Positions 29,021 to 39,109 of a stretch of DNA of 64,000 bases are shown piece after piece. Under the pieces are notes generated by a model. That model saw only the letters and a list, made by a program, of their open reading frames with translations, made no database searches and had not been told where the DNA came from. Both the position numbers and the translations under genes were made by a program. The stretch is from Bryobacteraceae bacterium (GTDB lineage: Bacteria > Acidobacteriota > Terriglobia > Bryobacterales > Bryobacteraceae). Location of the stretch: the NCBI GenBank assembly GCA_019752335.1, contig JAIEMJ010000030.1, positions 86,597 to 150,596 of the forward strand, given 5' to 3'. How positions within the stretch are numbered: the first letter of the stretch is position 1; each line of letters opens with the position of its first letter.

Positions 29021-30590
29021 TCAAAGGCAGAGTTTGTTGGCAAACTTCTCGAGAAGTTCCGCACGCTCATCCGCGAACCGCGCGAAGTCATCCGTGAACA
29101 AGCTGGTTGGGCAGAACGCGTGTGACAGAATCTCATCAACACCGCTGGGCATTTTTGACCTGTACTCGCTTGGCGCGACGCCGCCCAAGTCACGGTTCTC
29201 GGCCCTTGAAAGGAACGCAAAATTTGCGAGGCAATTCGGTGCTGGCGTCGTTTGGCCGGAGGAGGCGAGGAATGCCTTCGGTAGTAGATGATGGAACTCT
29301 GCCCGATTGCCGCGACTTAGCTTCTCAGAGAGCTTTGCAGGGGTTCCCGATATGAAGCTCAATGGGCTGTTCTGCGCTAGTAGCAGAATAAAGGTCGCAG
29401 TGTTCGTTGTGCCGATCGTGAAGCGGTTATCGAGAAAAAAGCTCTTGCTTACGCTTACGGGGAAGCCTCCGAGAGCGGACGGTTTTCCCTCCTTTAGCTT
29501 CTCAATCTCCGCAATATCGAAGTTTAGGTTTCTAAGCACACCGCCCGCATACCGCTTCACAAAAGCTGTTCGCCAGAACCAGCGGAGTAACGTAGAACGC
29601 TGTTCGTGTGTGTGTTTGTTTTCGGTGGCACCTGGCGCCGCGAAAAATACTGACAATGGGACAAGCATTGTAGCCATTGGCAGCAAATCTAGAGCGTGAA
29701 CTTGACAGTTCGCCTGCAAGAAGTCGACGGCCCCCTTGACGCCATTCAGTACCTCCGAAAACCGTTCGCGGACCTCGGCTCCATTAAGGTTCATAAGCGC
29801 GTCAGGAGAAGCGTCGTTCCTTAACACGGCGCTGCAGCATCGCAGCAATAGATTTGAGTCGCTTCCAAGCTCCTTGAATCCGAAGGGCTCTAGCTGCTCA
29901 GCCAGGTCCGCAAACTGCGCTTGAAGCTGGAAGTCCTCGCTCCATGTCCACGCGGAGAGCAGTTGAAGAGTATCGAGCGGAACGCCTTGCCGGTTGACCC
30001 GCTCGAAAATGATGGCCACCGTCGCCTTATCCTCTGTCTTAAAGAGTTGTACCGGCACCCGAACTTCCTTGAAGATGGCCTGCATGTCATCAATTCTCTT
30101 GGCTAAAGCATCGTCAAAACCGGCCGTCGCCTTCCGGTAGGCCGCCGTATCAAAAAGAGTCTTCAATGGGAAATGCCTCTGAGGACTTACCTCGGGCGGG
30201 GCAAGTGCTAGAAACTGGGTATCCTGCGCATTCGGGTCCGCTGTGAAATCGTAATAGATCTCGCGCCACAACTCGGGACGCGCAACTGGTAGATCCGTCT
30301 GAAACGCTCCGAAGATCGAGGTTATTCTCTGCTGGCCATCGAGTACGTAATCGACTGGGTAATTCATCCGCCACTTTTGGCAAGTCAAACGGTCCAAGTG
30401 CCCGTTCGCTTTTCAGTTGTTCTTTGGTGCGCCAAAAGAGCAAAGACCCAAAGGGATAGCCTTTGAAGATGCTGTCCATTAAATAGGCAACTCGATCAGG
30501 CTCCCAAACGAAACCACGTTGGAAAGCCGGTATGCGGAGTTGCCCCCGCAGGACCGTATCGAGGATTTCGCGGATTGTCAAAGCTTCCAA
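29021..30590 (-). pseudogene. GmrSD-like type IV restriction endonuclease (DUF262 + DUF1524/His-Me finger), apparently frameshifted
   Basis: The upstream ORF (30150..30590) carries the DUF262 IPAFQRGFVW motif. The overlapping ORF in another frame (29021..30397) carries DGQQRITS and a C-terminal EFHHLLPKAF His-Me-like motif. The frames switch near 30340-30400. Lies in a low-GC region. Confidence 0.5.
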
Positions 30591-30820
30591 TGTGATCTCC
30601 CTGTTATTTGCTGCGGTACGGCTGCTCGCGGTATGTGGACGCTATTCTATCATTCGGCCCTGCGATGGGGTAGCGAACGCAAACAGTCCGTAATGAAGCA
30701 ATGGGCGTACGCGGAGTACGGGCTCCTATCGTCAATCTGCGCTAGTGGCTGACACGATGGCACTACTGCCCTCCGTGATGTCCGGAAGACGAAACGTGTA
30801 CCAGCGGATCTCTCCCCGCC

Positions 30821-31027
30821 TCAAGCCACGGTCTCCCAGCCTTCGCTATCCCATGCGAGGGGATCTTCGTCGGCGGAAAACTCTTCAGGACCGGGTGGAA
30901 TGGCCTCATAAACGGACGAGTCACCATTCCGCGGCTGGGTAATCAAGCGGAGCAGGCGAGCCCGCTCCAGCGGCGAAAGCGCCTCGACAAGCGGAACAAT
31001 CTCCTCCACGGTGGTGGGGCCAAGCAT
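30821..31027 (-). CDS. Small putative addiction-module/antitoxin-like protein
   Basis: 68 aa. ...EEIVPLVEALSPLERARLLRLI...W resembles the TIGR02574 'putative addiction module component' pattern. Weak call. Confidence 0.25.
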   Translation of the reverse strand: MLGPTTVEEIVPLVEALSPLERARLLRLITQPRNGDSSVYEAIPPGPEEFSADEDPLAWDSEGWETVA

Positions 31028-31102
31028 CGCTTGAATTCTACCACCGGCGGCGGAGAGGAATCACCGTGCAACGGGGGGCTGAACCCCAGCCCCCCTCACC
31101 GG

Positions 31103-32932
31103 TCACTCCGGCTTCTTCACGACGTCCCGCAGCAGCACGGCCAGCAAGCCGTCCGTCGCCGAGGCCGACTTCTCGCCGCCCGACACCAGCACGTCCGGCG
31201 TCAGGCGGATGCCCTTGTCGGCCAGCACCGTGAAGATCTGCAGCATCGAGTAGTTCTCGCCCATGGCCTCGACGCCCAGCTTGTAGGCGTCGGCCTTGGC
31301 CTGTCCGATGGCGCGGATCGCTTCGGCCTCGTTGCGGCCGCGGATGGCGACCACTTCGGCTTCCGCTTCGCCGACTCGTTTCTTCGCGAGCGCCTCGCCC
31401 TCGGCGCGGCGGGACATGACGAGCGAGTCGCCGAGCGCGCCTTCCACGGCGGCCTTGGCGCGCATCTCCGACACGCGGACGTCCTGCTCGGCGTTCAGCA
31501 ACTCCTTCTGCTTGTCGGCGAGCGCCTTCTGACGTTCCAGTTCCTGGCGCGTGCGCTGGGCCTGCTCCTCAATCTGGAAGGTCTTGCGTTGCTCGTCGGC
31601 GATCTTGCGCGCGGTGAGCGTGTGCATCAATTCGGGCGGCGGCGTAATGTCGCCGATCAGCGTATCGACGCTTTGCACGTCGTACTCGCGGATGGCTTCA
31701 TTGATGTGCTGGCGCGCTTCCTGCTGGCGGCCGGCGCGGTTCGACAGAAAGTCGAGCACCGTGTAGTTCTGGGCGCTGTTGCGGAAATAGTTGCCGACGA
31801 TCGGCTCCAGCACCTGGTTCACCAGATTGCGGACGCTGCCCACGCGCGAGATCACCCAGGGAGCCTTGGTGGCGCCGATGTTGATGATCTGCGAAACGTC
31901 CAGCGTGAAGTTGAAGCCGTCTTGCGAGCGCACGGTGATCGTGGAAAGCTTCTCGTCGAGCTTATGCGCCTCGCTACGGGCGGTGGCCCAGTTGAGCACG
32001 ATGTTCGTTGTCGGCACGGGCTCCACCTTCATGATGCGCGAGTTGAGCGGATGCTTGCCCGGGTAGAGTGGCTCGTCCCACACGCCCTTGCCGCCCTTGC
32101 GGACGATGTTGCCGTGGGTGAATTGCTCGCCGGAGATGTCCTTCATGTCGTCGCCGACGAAGCTCACGACGACACCCACGTAACCGATGGGGACTTCGTA
32201 GAGGTCCGCCTGTTCAATCTCAGCGAACCAGGGGTTGATATTGTAATTGCCGGCCAGGATGATCTGCTCCTGCAAGCCGCGGCAGCCGCCGTTCTGGATA
32301 AAGGCGTCGGGATTCTGGAAGTCCTCATGGCCTTCCGTACGTTTGGCGGCCATCTGCCCGGTGGGCATGGGCGCGCCGTCCAGCACGGTGACGATGCCCA
32401 CCTTGTCCGAGCCGATCTTGGTCATCGGCACGCTGGGCACCACGCGGAAAAGCACGGGGTTGATGCGGTAAAAGCCGGCCGTCAGAATTCCGGATTGACG
32501 GCCCTTCTGGCCGCCGCCGCGGAGGAACTTCTCGGCGGACTGGAAGTCGTCACAGACGACGGGTCCGCAGAGGACGCGGTCCACCGGCATCGGGGCTCCG
32601 TCATTGGCGATGATGAGGCCAATCGTGCCCGGCTCGATCATGGTGATGGGGAACTTCTCCACCTTATATTGGAACGGCCAATAGAAGGGGTGGATACCGG
32701 GCGCCAGGGTGGTGGCCTGATAACCGGCCTCGCCTTCCAGCGCCACCACGCGGCCATCGGGCAACTTGCGGCCGCCCAGGGTGAAGCGCTTTACCACGAC
32801 GCCCACCTGATTCTCGCGAATCAGCACCAAGCCGAGGACAAACCAAACCAGGAACAGCAACAGGAATACGCCCGCGCCGAAAACGAACAACGGTGACATA
32901 AAAACTACCTTTCTGGGTACACGCTCAGACAA
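31103..32932 (-). CDS. SPFH/band-7 (flotillin/YqiK-like) membrane protein
   Basis: N-terminal TM helix, an SPFH core, and a long C-terminal Ala/Glu-rich coiled coil (QRTRQELERQKALADKQKELLNAEQ...). Confidence 0.8.
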   Translation of the reverse strand: MSERVPRKVVFMSPLFVFGAGVFLLLFLVWFVLGLVLIRENQVGVVVKRFTLGGRKLPDGRVVALEGEAGYQATTLAPGIHPFYWPFQYKVEKFPITMIEPGTIGLIIANDGAPMPVDRVLCGPVVCDDFQSAEKFLRGGGQKGRQSGILTAGFYRINPVLFRVVPSVPMTKIGSDKVGIVTVLDGAPMPTGQMAAKRTEGHEDFQNPDAFIQNGGCRGLQEQIILAGNYNINPWFAEIEQADLYEVPIGYVGVVVSFVGDDMKDISGEQFTHGNIVRKGGKGVWDEPLYPGKHPLNSRIMKVEPVPTTNIVLNWATARSEAHKLDEKLSTITVRSQDGFNFTLDVSQIINIGATKAPWVISRVGSVRNLVNQVLEPIVGNYFRNSAQNYTVLDFLSNRAGRQQEARQHINEAIREYDVQSVDTLIGDITPPPELMHTLTARKIADEQRKTFQIEEQAQRTRQELERQKALADKQKELLNAEQDVRVSEMRAKAAVEGALGDSLVMSRRAEGEALAKKRVGEAEAEVVAIRGRNEAEAIRAIGQAKADAYKLGVEAMGENYSMLQIFTVLADKGIRLTPDVLVSGGEKSASATDGLLAVLLRDVVKKPE

Positions 32933-33071
32933 TCACGAGTGCGCGAAAGGTCTACGGCTGGGGTCATGGCAGTACCAGTCTCTCTTCGCGCGGAAGGATA
33001 TTATCCTAACAGCCTGCGAGATGGAGATTCTGGCGCACCAAACTCAATTACGCGAATGGCCCCGGAAAAGT

Positions 33072-33800
33072 TCAAGGCAGTTTGCTTTCGATGAAGTCGA
33101 GCATCCGGCGTTGGCCCTCCAGATTCCCGAGCCGAGCTTCGATATTCACGTAGCGGACGCCGAGGACGGTACACAGCCGGGAGAGCGAGCCGTCGTCATC
33201 CGGGGGCGCCTTATCCTGCAGGACGACGTTGAAGGGCGAGGTCTTGAGGATGTCGAAGTCAGCCCGGTTGACGGCCAGCATGAATTCGCGCGGGTTGTCC
33301 GGGTCGGCGAGCGAGACTTCGTCCGAGATGGGAATCTCGGTATGGACGGAGTAACCGGGGCCGTTGTTGTGCAACGCGATCAGCAGGCCGCCCTCGGGCG
33401 GCAGAATGGCTTTGACGAACTTCTCGCGTTCGCGGTCCAGATACACCAGCGCGTTCTGCAGGGAGGCCTCGGAGAGGCCAGGGTTCACGCGGCGCAGGTT
33501 CCGGTGCGCGCCGATCCGGGAGAACATGCGATTCGGGTCAATCTCCAGGCCGGCCAGCGGCACTTGCCGTTCCAGGCTTTGCACGGTGAAGCCAGTGCCT
33601 TTGTGCTTCTTCATGTGCTCGCGTAGCAACTCGCGCGCCGTGATCTCGTTGCCGTGGACGTGGAAATAGCGGTGGGGGCTGCGCCCATGGCGGATGATGT
33701 CGAACCGTATGCCCGCAATCTTCTGGTGGCGGGGACGGAAGGGCCAGAAAGGGAGAAATGCCGTGGTCAGCCAGTCTCGGCGATGGAGGAATTCAGACAT
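33072..33800 (-). CDS. M14-like zinc hydrolase of the succinylglutamate desuccinylase/aspartoacylase (AstE/AspA) family, Tat-like N-terminus
   Basis: HVHGNE zinc-binding motif. ATG at 33800 (MSEFLHRRDWLTTA). The track ORF extends to 34034, but that extension overlaps the divergent gdh gene. Confidence 0.55.
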   Translation of the reverse strand: MSEFLHRRDWLTTAFLPFWPFRPRHQKIAGIRFDIIRHGRSPHRYFHVHGNEITARELLREHMKKHKGTGFTVQSLERQVPLAGLEIDPNRMFSRIGAHRNLRRVNPGLSEASLQNALVYLDREREKFVKAILPPEGGLLIALHNNGPGYSVHTEIPISDEVSLADPDNPREFMLAVNRADFDILKTSPFNVVLQDKAPPDDDGSLSRLCTVLGVRYVNIEARLGNLEGQRRMLDFIESKLP

Positions 33801-33821
33801 AATTGTGGATGAGGTATTCTC

Positions 33822-35099
33822 ATGATCGCAGAAGCTACAAGCGCCGTTCCCGCCAATGAACTGAACCCCTGGATCTCGGCGGAGACGCGCTTCAACCAGG
33901 CGGCCCAGCGGCTGAACCTGGAAGAGGGCATGCGCAAGATGCTGGCGACGCCAACGCGCGAAGTCACCGTAGCGATTCCCATCATGCTGGACGATGGCCG
34001 CTTGGAAGTCTTCACGGGCTATCGCGTGCAGCACTCCATCGCGCGCGGCCCGGCGAAGGGTGGCATTCGCTTCGCGCCGGACGTAAGCCTGGATGAAGTC
34101 CGCGCGCTGTCAAGCTGGATGACCTGGAAGTGCGCCGTGGTGAATATCCCTTACGGCGGCGCCAAGGGCGGGGTGATCTGCGATCCCTCGATCATGTCGG
34201 AGGGCGAACTGGAACGCCTGACGCGGCGCTATACGTCGGCCATCATCGAAATGATCGGGCCCGAAATCGATATCCCGGCGCCGGACTTGGGCACGAACGA
34301 ACGCATGATGGCCTGGATCATGGACACTTACTCCATGCATAAGCGCCAAGCGACCACGGCCGTGGTGACCGGCAAACCGCTGATCCTCGGCGGCAGCCGC
34401 GGACGCGCCGAGGCCACGGGCCGCGGCTGTATGATCGTCTGCCAGCAGGCCCTGGCCCGCTTGAAGAAGCAGCCCACGGAGACCGAGGTGATCATCCAGG
34501 GCTTCGGCAACGTTGGCGGAATGAGCGCGCGCCTGATGTCGAAGGCCGGCTTCAAGATCGCCGGCATCGTGGAGTGGGATGGCGCCGTCTACAATTCCCA
34601 CGGCCTCGATATTGAAAAGCTGATGCAGCATCGCAAGGAGACGGGCTCCATTGTCGACTTCGCTGGGGCCGACAACGTCGACAAGGACGAAGCGCTCACC
34701 ATGGAGTGCGATATCCTGCTGCCCGCCGCCAAGGAGAATGTGATCACGTCGCGCAACGCGGCCCGCATTCGCGCGAAGGTAATATGCGAAGGCGCCAATG
34801 GGCCCACCACGCCGGGCGCCGATCCGATTCTGCGCGAGAACAACGTCTTCATCATTCCCGACATTCTCGCCAACGCCGGTGGCGTTTCGGTCTCCTACTT
34901 CGAATGGGTGCAGGATCGCATGGGCTACTTCTGGAACGAAGAGCTGGTGATTCAGCGCCTGGAAGAGATCATGGTGACGAGCTTCCAGGATGTAGTGGAA
35001 TACGCCGAGAAGAACAACATCGACAATCGCCTGGCCGCGAACATGCTGGCGCTGGACCGCGTCATCGCCGCCATCAAGCTGCGAGGTATTTACGCTTAG
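33822..35099 (+). CDS. gdhA: Glutamate dehydrogenase (Glu/Leu/Phe/Val dehydrogenase family)
   Basis: GYRVQHSIARGPAKGGIRF active-site region (catalytic Lys box), NIPYGGAKGG, and a Rossmann GFGNVG. Confidence 0.85.
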   Translation: MIAEATSAVPANELNPWISAETRFNQAAQRLNLEEGMRKMLATPTREVTVAIPIMLDDGRLEVFTGYRVQHSIARGPAKGGIRFAPDVSLDEVRALSSWMTWKCAVVNIPYGGAKGGVICDPSIMSEGELERLTRRYTSAIIEMIGPEIDIPAPDLGTNERMMAWIMDTYSMHKRQATTAVVTGKPLILGGSRGRAEATGRGCMIVCQQALARLKKQPTETEVIIQGFGNVGGMSARLMSKAGFKIAGIVEWDGAVYNSHGLDIEKLMQHRKETGSIVDFAGADNVDKDEALTMECDILLPAAKENVITSRNAARIRAKVICEGANGPTTPGADPILRENNVFIIPDILANAGGVSVSYFEWVQDRMGYFWNEELVIQRLEEIMVTSFQDVVEYAEKNNIDNRLAANMLALDRVIAAIKLRGIYA

Positions 35100-35154
35100 C
35101 CGTCGCCATCTGCTGGCTGCGCCCTCTCTGCTGGCGGCGGCGCCAACTACGGAC

Positions 35155-36489
35155 GTGCGCATCGTCAGCATTGAGCCGCAATTCGAAGAGTTCTTCTATC
35201 GCACGCCCTATATGTTCGGCGGGCGACAAGTGGATCGCGTGACGATGCTCAACGTCGCTTGCGAAGTGGAGGATCGCCGCGGGCGCCGCGCGCAGGGCTT
35301 CGCCGCCATGAGCCTGGGCAACCAGTGGAGTTTCCCGTCGGCGAAGATGAATTACGACCAGACGCTGGCCGCGATGACGCGTCTGGCCAAGCGCATCGCC
35401 GACCTCACGCGCGCGCATCGCGACTACGGCCACCCCGTCGACTTGAACTACGCGCTGGAGCCGCAATGGCTCGCCGCGGCGGCCGAGGTTAGCCGGACAG
35501 ACGCCGAGCCGATTCCGAAGCTGTGTACACTCGTCACCGGTAGCCCCTTCGACGCCGCCATCAGCGACGCTTACGGCAAGTTACACCGTCGCAGCAGTTA
35601 CGCGATTTATGACCGCGACTTACTCCCGCGTGACTTATCGCACTACTTAGGCGCGAAGTTTCAGGGCGAGCATTTGCAACGCTACATTGGCCGGAAGCCC
35701 AGGCCTTTTGTCTATCTCTTCCACAGTGTCGGCGCGGCGGATCCGCTTACCGCGGCCGAAGTAAAAGCGCCAAAGAACGACGGCTTACCCGATGCCTTCG
35801 AACAGTGGATCTCTTTCTCGGGTCTCGAAAGAGTGAAGATCAAGCTCAACGGCGGCGACTTACAGAACGACTTAAACCGCATTCTCGCGATTGACCGCAT
35901 TACGACGCAGGTGCAAGCCCAACGCGGCCTGCGCGAGTGGTTCTATTGCCTCGACTTCAATGAGCGCTGCCCCAACGTGCAGTATCTGATCGAGATACTC
36001 CGAAAATTGAAGGAAGCTACGCCGGCCGGCTTCGCGCGCATTCAGTATATTGAGCAACCCACGCAGCGCAACCTGAAGGCGGATCGGGAGAACGTGATGC
36101 ACGAAGCCGCGAAGCTGCGGCCCGTGGTGATCGACGAGTCGCTGACGGATTTGGAGACATTGCTCTTAGCGCGCGAAATGGGCTACACCGGCATCGCCTT
36201 GAAGGCTTGCAAGGGTCAGACGCAAGCCATGATGATGGCCGCCGCCGGGCAGAAGTTTGGCATGTTTCTCTGCGTCCAGGATTTGACTTGCCCCGGCGCC
36301 GCGCTGATTCATTCGGTGGGCATCGCTGGTCACGTGCCGGGCGTCGCGGGGGTGGAGGCGAATGCGCGCCAGTACGTGCCCGCGGCGAACCAAAGCTGGG
36401 AAGCGCGGTATCCAGGTCTTTTTCAAGTCCGCAACGGACGGTTGAACAGCGGACAACTCACCGGCCCCGGACTCAGCATTCGCCGCTAG
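35155..36489 (+). CDS. Enolase-superfamily protein (mandelate racemase/muconate lactonizing enzyme-like)
   Basis: KIKLNG (KxK), DFNE and IDES metal-ligand motifs. GTG start. The in-frame upstream sequence RRHLLAAPSLLAAAPTTD looks like a signal peptide, so the true start may be further upstream. Confidence 0.65.
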   Translation: MRIVSIEPQFEEFFYRTPYMFGGRQVDRVTMLNVACEVEDRRGRRAQGFAAMSLGNQWSFPSAKMNYDQTLAAMTRLAKRIADLTRAHRDYGHPVDLNYALEPQWLAAAAEVSRTDAEPIPKLCTLVTGSPFDAAISDAYGKLHRRSSYAIYDRDLLPRDLSHYLGAKFQGEHLQRYIGRKPRPFVYLFHSVGAADPLTAAEVKAPKNDGLPDAFEQWISFSGLERVKIKLNGGDLQNDLNRILAIDRITTQVQAQRGLREWFYCLDFNERCPNVQYLIEILRKLKEATPAGFARIQYIEQPTQRNLKADRENVMHEAAKLRPVVIDESLTDLETLLLAREMGYTGIALKACKGQTQAMMMAAAGQKFGMFLCVQDLTCPGAALIHSVGIAGHVPGVAGVEANARQYVPAANQSWEARYPGLFQVRNGRLNSGQLTGPGLSIRR

Positions 36490-36517
36490 GCTCAGGTCAG
36501 CCTCAGTACTCGGCAGA

Positions 36518-36644
36518 GGGGCCCACAACGAACCCCGACCGTAAGGGAGGGGAGCGCTTCGCAAGCCCTCGACGGCCAGAAAGCCCAATAAAGCCGGCTG
36601 CCTCCGCGGGCCAAGCATCCCCTCCCTTATGGTCGGGGTTCGTT
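36518..36644. repeat. Long imperfect inverted repeat: about 26-bp arms around a roughly 64-nt loop
   Basis: aacgaaccccgaccgtaagggagggga ... tcccctcccttatggtcggggttcgtt, with one G-U-type mismatch. Located between the convergent ends of the genes at 35155-36489 and 36702-38801. Confidence 0.6.
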
Positions 36645-36701
36645 AGGGGGGGCACAAACCGCATGGAAACCGACTTTTTCGGAATCTCAGCAGAATATCG
36701 A

Positions 36702-38801
36702 TCAGGGAGCCGGTTCCACGTAAACAATTTCGGCGGACTGCTGATCCGGCAACGGCACCACGACGCCCACATTCATTAACTGCGCTCCCGTGAGGATAAA
36801 CCGCGCTGGAGAGGTTTCGAATCGGACGAGATAACTGCGCGTCGGCGTCAAGTCACGGAAGCGTAGCGTGTAGCTATTCGAACGGGCTTCCTCGCGCGTA
36901 ACCACGGCGAGCGCCGTATCGCCGCTGGCCGTGTAACTCTGCAGCGCGTCCACTTGCCCCAGCGCCGGACGCGCCGTCAGGTGGCTCACTCGGCCGTCCC
37001 GGACGTTGGTCCGGATGGACTTATAGATCCCGATCTCGCGCAAAGCGAGAGCGAGATCCGCGGGGGTAAGTTCCGGAAGCCGGTTCATGAAGATCCAAGG
37101 GCCGCCAAACATGAAGCTGCGCGTCGTGTAGACGTTCAAGTCCTGATCCGGCATGTACCGGTCAGAGAAGCGGGGCGGGAACGGAAACGTCGCTCCGTAG
37201 GCGCCTTGCCGTGAACCCAGCGAGCCGGAGGCGTCGTTGGTGATGGACGTGACGTAGTTGCGCGCCATCTTATAGGTCATCATGCTGCCGCCGTTGGCGC
37301 AGTTCTCCCAGAGCACTCCCGTGCGCCGCCGGATCTCGCTCACAATCACGTCCAGGCCCTGCTCGGAATTGGCCCAGTTACTGTTTTCCGGATGATGCGT
37401 GTGGGTGGTCTTGGTGCACTGCTTCACCAGCGTTTGGCCGTCTTGCAGAATCCAATCGACGCGGTAGTTCCGCACCAGGTTGACGCCTTGCTCGATGATC
37501 CAGTCACGGCAAGGCTGATGGCCCAGGCAAAGGCTGAGCCCGCCGTGGAAGTTGTAGGTTTCGCTGGAGGTCCAGTCAGGGTTGCTTTGTAAGACGGGTG
37601 AATCGGGATCGGCTTCGCTGAAGGCGAAATGCAGACCGAACTTCATGCCCAGGTCGTGGACGAAGTCGGAGAGCGCGCGGAAACCGTTGGGGAACTTATC
37701 CGGATCGGGCGTCCAATCGCCCAGGGCGTTGGCCCAGCCGAGATCGACGATGAAGAGTTCCATGCCGAGGTTGGCGGCGATACGGGCATTACGCCGGAGC
37801 ACGTCCTCGTTGATTTCTTCGAGGTAACCCCAGGAATCCCAGGCGACGTACGGGAAGTTGTTGTCCGGCACCACCGCGGCCACGGCCGCCTCCACGTAGC
37901 GCTGCGTACGGTAGCCGGCTTCGTCCCAGTCGCCGCGGAACAGTCCGATCATGGCGGCCGGCAGGACCATCGCTTCACCCGGCCTCAACGGATGGTAGAG
38001 CGACTTCACCTCGGCCCCCAGGGTAATCCGGCCATTGGCTTGGCGGACCGAGAAGTCGGCGCGGCCATTGAATTCAAGGCCCGCGAACAGGCCCCGCTGC
38101 TGACTGTCGCGGACGGCAAGCCACGCGCAGTAAGCGCCACCCGACCCCGTCGTGACACTCCAGGCCGGCGCCCCCGCCACCAGCGGCGTCTCCACCGGAT
38201 CGAAGTTGGCCTCACGCGGCACCAGCACCCACTGATGCACGGCGTAGGCGGTGAACTTCTGCCCTTCGTCGGCAAACTGCCAGGCCAGAAAATTCGCCTT
38301 CCGCACATTCACCGTCACTCCGAGGCGGTTCGTGATCGTCACCTGGTGCCTCAGCACTGGCTGTCCCGGAAAGATCTGGAACTCGACCGTCAACTTCAGT
38401 GGACTGCCCTCTTCGGACAACTCCAGCGTCAGTGCGCGGCCATTGCGGTCGATAGCGGTGGTCGACTGGCCAGTGAGGAGAAAGCGGCTTTCGACGGAGA
38501 GGCGCGTACCGTCGTCCAGTTCGACGTCGATCGGAAATGAGCCCGCCAGGGAGGGCAGACGCCAAAAGTCGTTGTTCGACAAGTCCCGCAGCTCTTCCAA
38601 CTGCAGTTGGCCGGTCGACTGGTTGAGGCGCAGGACGGCGCGGAAGACGTCGTTCTGGAGGGTCCAGCTTTGAAAGGCCGGATCAAAGTCGACATTCGCC
38701 GTTCCGCTTGCGGCACGGGCGACTGCAACCATCCCCCCCATGCCGATCAACTTGGTGGCACCCCAGCCGGTGGCGGAGAGCAAGAACTGCCTCCGTTCCA
38801 T
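36702..38801 (-). CDS. Glycoside hydrolase, alpha-galactosidase-like (GH36/GH27-like), Tat signal
   Basis: MERRQFLLSATGWGATKLIG Tat-type N-terminus with ATG at 38801. IVDLGW and ENCANGGSMM segments resemble the catalytic region of GH36 melibiases. Confidence 0.55.
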   Translation of the reverse strand: MERRQFLLSATGWGATKLIGMGGMVAVARAASGTANVDFDPAFQSWTLQNDVFRAVLRLNQSTGQLQLEELRDLSNNDFWRLPSLAGSFPIDVELDDGTRLSVESRFLLTGQSTTAIDRNGRALTLELSEEGSPLKLTVEFQIFPGQPVLRHQVTITNRLGVTVNVRKANFLAWQFADEGQKFTAYAVHQWVLVPREANFDPVETPLVAGAPAWSVTTGSGGAYCAWLAVRDSQQRGLFAGLEFNGRADFSVRQANGRITLGAEVKSLYHPLRPGEAMVLPAAMIGLFRGDWDEAGYRTQRYVEAAVAAVVPDNNFPYVAWDSWGYLEEINEDVLRRNARIAANLGMELFIVDLGWANALGDWTPDPDKFPNGFRALSDFVHDLGMKFGLHFAFSEADPDSPVLQSNPDWTSSETYNFHGGLSLCLGHQPCRDWIIEQGVNLVRNYRVDWILQDGQTLVKQCTKTTHTHHPENSNWANSEQGLDVIVSEIRRRTGVLWENCANGGSMMTYKMARNYVTSITNDASGSLGSRQGAYGATFPFPPRFSDRYMPDQDLNVYTTRSFMFGGPWIFMNRLPELTPADLALALREIGIYKSIRTNVRDGRVSHLTARPALGQVDALQSYTASGDTALAVVTREEARSNSYTLRFRDLTPTRSYLVRFETSPARFILTGAQLMNVGVVVPLPDQQSAEIVYVEPAP

Positions 38802-39109
38802 TTCGACGTGGACGGCCCCGGGTCGAGAGGAATGCGTTAAATTATTACGATTGTGTGACATGCGTCAGGGCCGGGTACGGCTGGGCCAAGCTGGCGAGGA
38901 CTTCGACCAAGAAATCCTAATCCTATTGAAGCACGACTTGGTAAGCGAAGTTGCGGGCAGAAAAAGGACATCTACGAGTACCGCCCAGAGTCCTGATGCA
39001 GCCTGGACTAGGACTAAGGCCTTTCGGACCCGAAACCGCCACGCTTTTCCTGCCTAATCTGCCCGGAGGGGAAGGCCGATAGCTGAGCTGGAGAGCATTT
39101 TCAGCCAGC

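Noticed and set aside
28854-29291. 145-aa plus-strand ORF overlapping the 3' end of the GmrSD-like gene
   Set aside because: No motif. It lies antisense to a gene with clear family signatures in an AT-richer region where random ORFs are longer.
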